From Utricularia gibba (lineage: Eukaryota > Plantae > Magnoliophyta), in contig NEEC01000013.1 in assembly GCA_002189035.1 (NCBI GenBank), forward strand, positions 124,001 to 188,000: DNA of 64,000 bases, read 5' to 3'. Shown piece after piece: positions 62,450 through 64,000 of the stretch (positions are counted from its first letter, which is position 1; each line of letters opens with the position of its first letter). A program made the position numbers and the translations under genes. Under the pieces are notes generated by a model, which was not told where the DNA came from, did no database searches, and saw only the letters and a program-made list of their open reading frames with translations.

Positions 62450-64000
62450 ATCCGCTTCACTGGTGAAATAATATCAGTGTGTGCGTACGTCAGTAACTCC
62501 TTTTTTCGAGTGTTCCATGAAATAATGATAATAAAAATACTTTTAATGATGGCAACTGTTGCATTTAAATCCTTGGAAAAGCGACTTACTTTATACCTTG
62601 CTGAACTTTATTTAAAAAAAATGGAAAAAGTTAGCACGCAATTAGAGTTCGGACCGGCGAGTTCCCTTTCCAATTCAAAATTTTAATTTTTTTATTCTAC
62701 GGACCGTCAAACAATGATTTTTCAACAACTATAAAAAAATTCTATAGTGGTTGGAATACAACGCCTAACTTTTTTTTTTAAAAAAAGTTAAAAAATAGCC
62801 AGCGGATTCCAATGGCAATTTCATTAGATTAGTAAAACAATTTTTATTTTTTTAAAAAATTTATAAATACTCTATAGATCTCATACAATTTTTTTTTTAC
62901 TTTATTCTGAAAAAATCTTTTATTTTCTTCATAGATTTTCTTATTTTCTATACAACATTTATCTTCATTTTTATATTCATCATAATTACGTCAACATTAG
63001 CATTTGAAATTTCAATTTCACCTTCAATTTATGATTTTTGATCTAGAGATATTAGCAGAATTTGGATTGTTATGGTGAATAGTAACTTCTTTTCATTACA
63101 TTATCTACTAGTATCCTACTTTTATTTTTTATGAAATGAAAGTATCTTTTTCAAAATTCTTCTCATGATTTTCAAATGGATTTCACTATTACTTCTCTTT
63201 TAAAAAAATAAAGAAGATTTTACTTTCCATGAAAAACTTCAAAGTCTTCAAGGTTTTAGTCCATTCCATTATCCCGTAATGATAAAGTTTCTAGTTCTTA
63301 AGAAGTTGATTCTTCTTTATCTTTGAGTCATTTATACTATAAAAAATTAAATAATAAACAACAATTTCAATGTTAGTATAAAAAATAAAATTTCAGTTCT
63401 GAATAGATGTAAATCCTAGTACACATAAATTATAAGTTTGTAGTTATTTTAAGGTTGAATACAAGAAATTAGTGTTTATGGTGTAAATGTTTATGCATTC
63501 TTGACATCAAATACAATTTTAAGTTTTAGTTAAAACTAACAAGAACTCAATATAACTGCGAAAATAAAATAATGAGACAGTAAAGTTTTAATTTTCACTT
63601 ATCAAGCACAAAAATGTGATGTCATAGGGTGTTGAGGGTTGTATACTCAATCTTTGCTTCTAGACCTTCCAACATTCTAAGTAACTTGAGATAAAATAAG
63701 TCAACTCTAACAATCTCTTTGATTTTTCGATTTCAACTTCTCTAAGTGTCTAATGAAGTAGTTGGGTTGGTGAACCAACCCAATCAGACAGCCCAATTAT
63801 TGAGGACTTCAGATAAAAGGAGTGAACATGGTCGAAAAAAAGCAATTTTTTTTGGATTTTGGAAGAATAGCAGCATAGCAGTTGGTTCTTCAATGGGAGG
63901 CGATGTATAAGTATTCTGATTATTGTAGTAGATGTTGGTATTCTGTGTTGTTTTATATATTGTTGTATCAAAGAATTCAAGTGCTAGACAAATTTGACAT

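Noticed and set aside
63750-63980. 76-aa ORF or possible hAT dimerisation remnant
   Set aside because: No convincing motif run; too weak to call.

Overview
AT-rich flowering-plant genomic DNA with five host genes separated by dense, nested transposon debris. The genes are a DREB A-4/TINY-type AP2/ERF (-, intronless), a pollen-type PRONE RopGEF (+, 7 exons), a TCX5/6-type CXC protein of the DREAM complex (-, 7 exons), a cytosolic type II peroxiredoxin (-, 3 exons) and a cytosolic aldehyde dehydrogenase ALDH2C4/REF1 (+, 9 exons). There is also a decayed FCP1/NIF-like HAD phosphatase gene. Transposon content: Copia fragments (0.2-8.2 kb), a CRM-type Gypsy element carrying several nested insertions (45-54 kb), seven solo LTRs with recognisable 5-bp TSDs, two Mutator-like MITEs with 9-10 bp TSDs, a decayed hAT transposase and a palindromic 56-bp repeat array. 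No rRNA, tRNA or CRISPR was seen. Most notable points: apparent frameshifts in the adjacent RopGEF and TCX genes, each at a regulatory or structural hinge (real alleles or assembly errors); two consecutive GC-AG introns in ALDH2C4; a MULE inserted 62 bp upstream of the ALDH2C4 start codon; and a foldback hairpin array. I did not find a clearly new multi-gene system. All coordinates and alignments were read by eye, and no database search was run.
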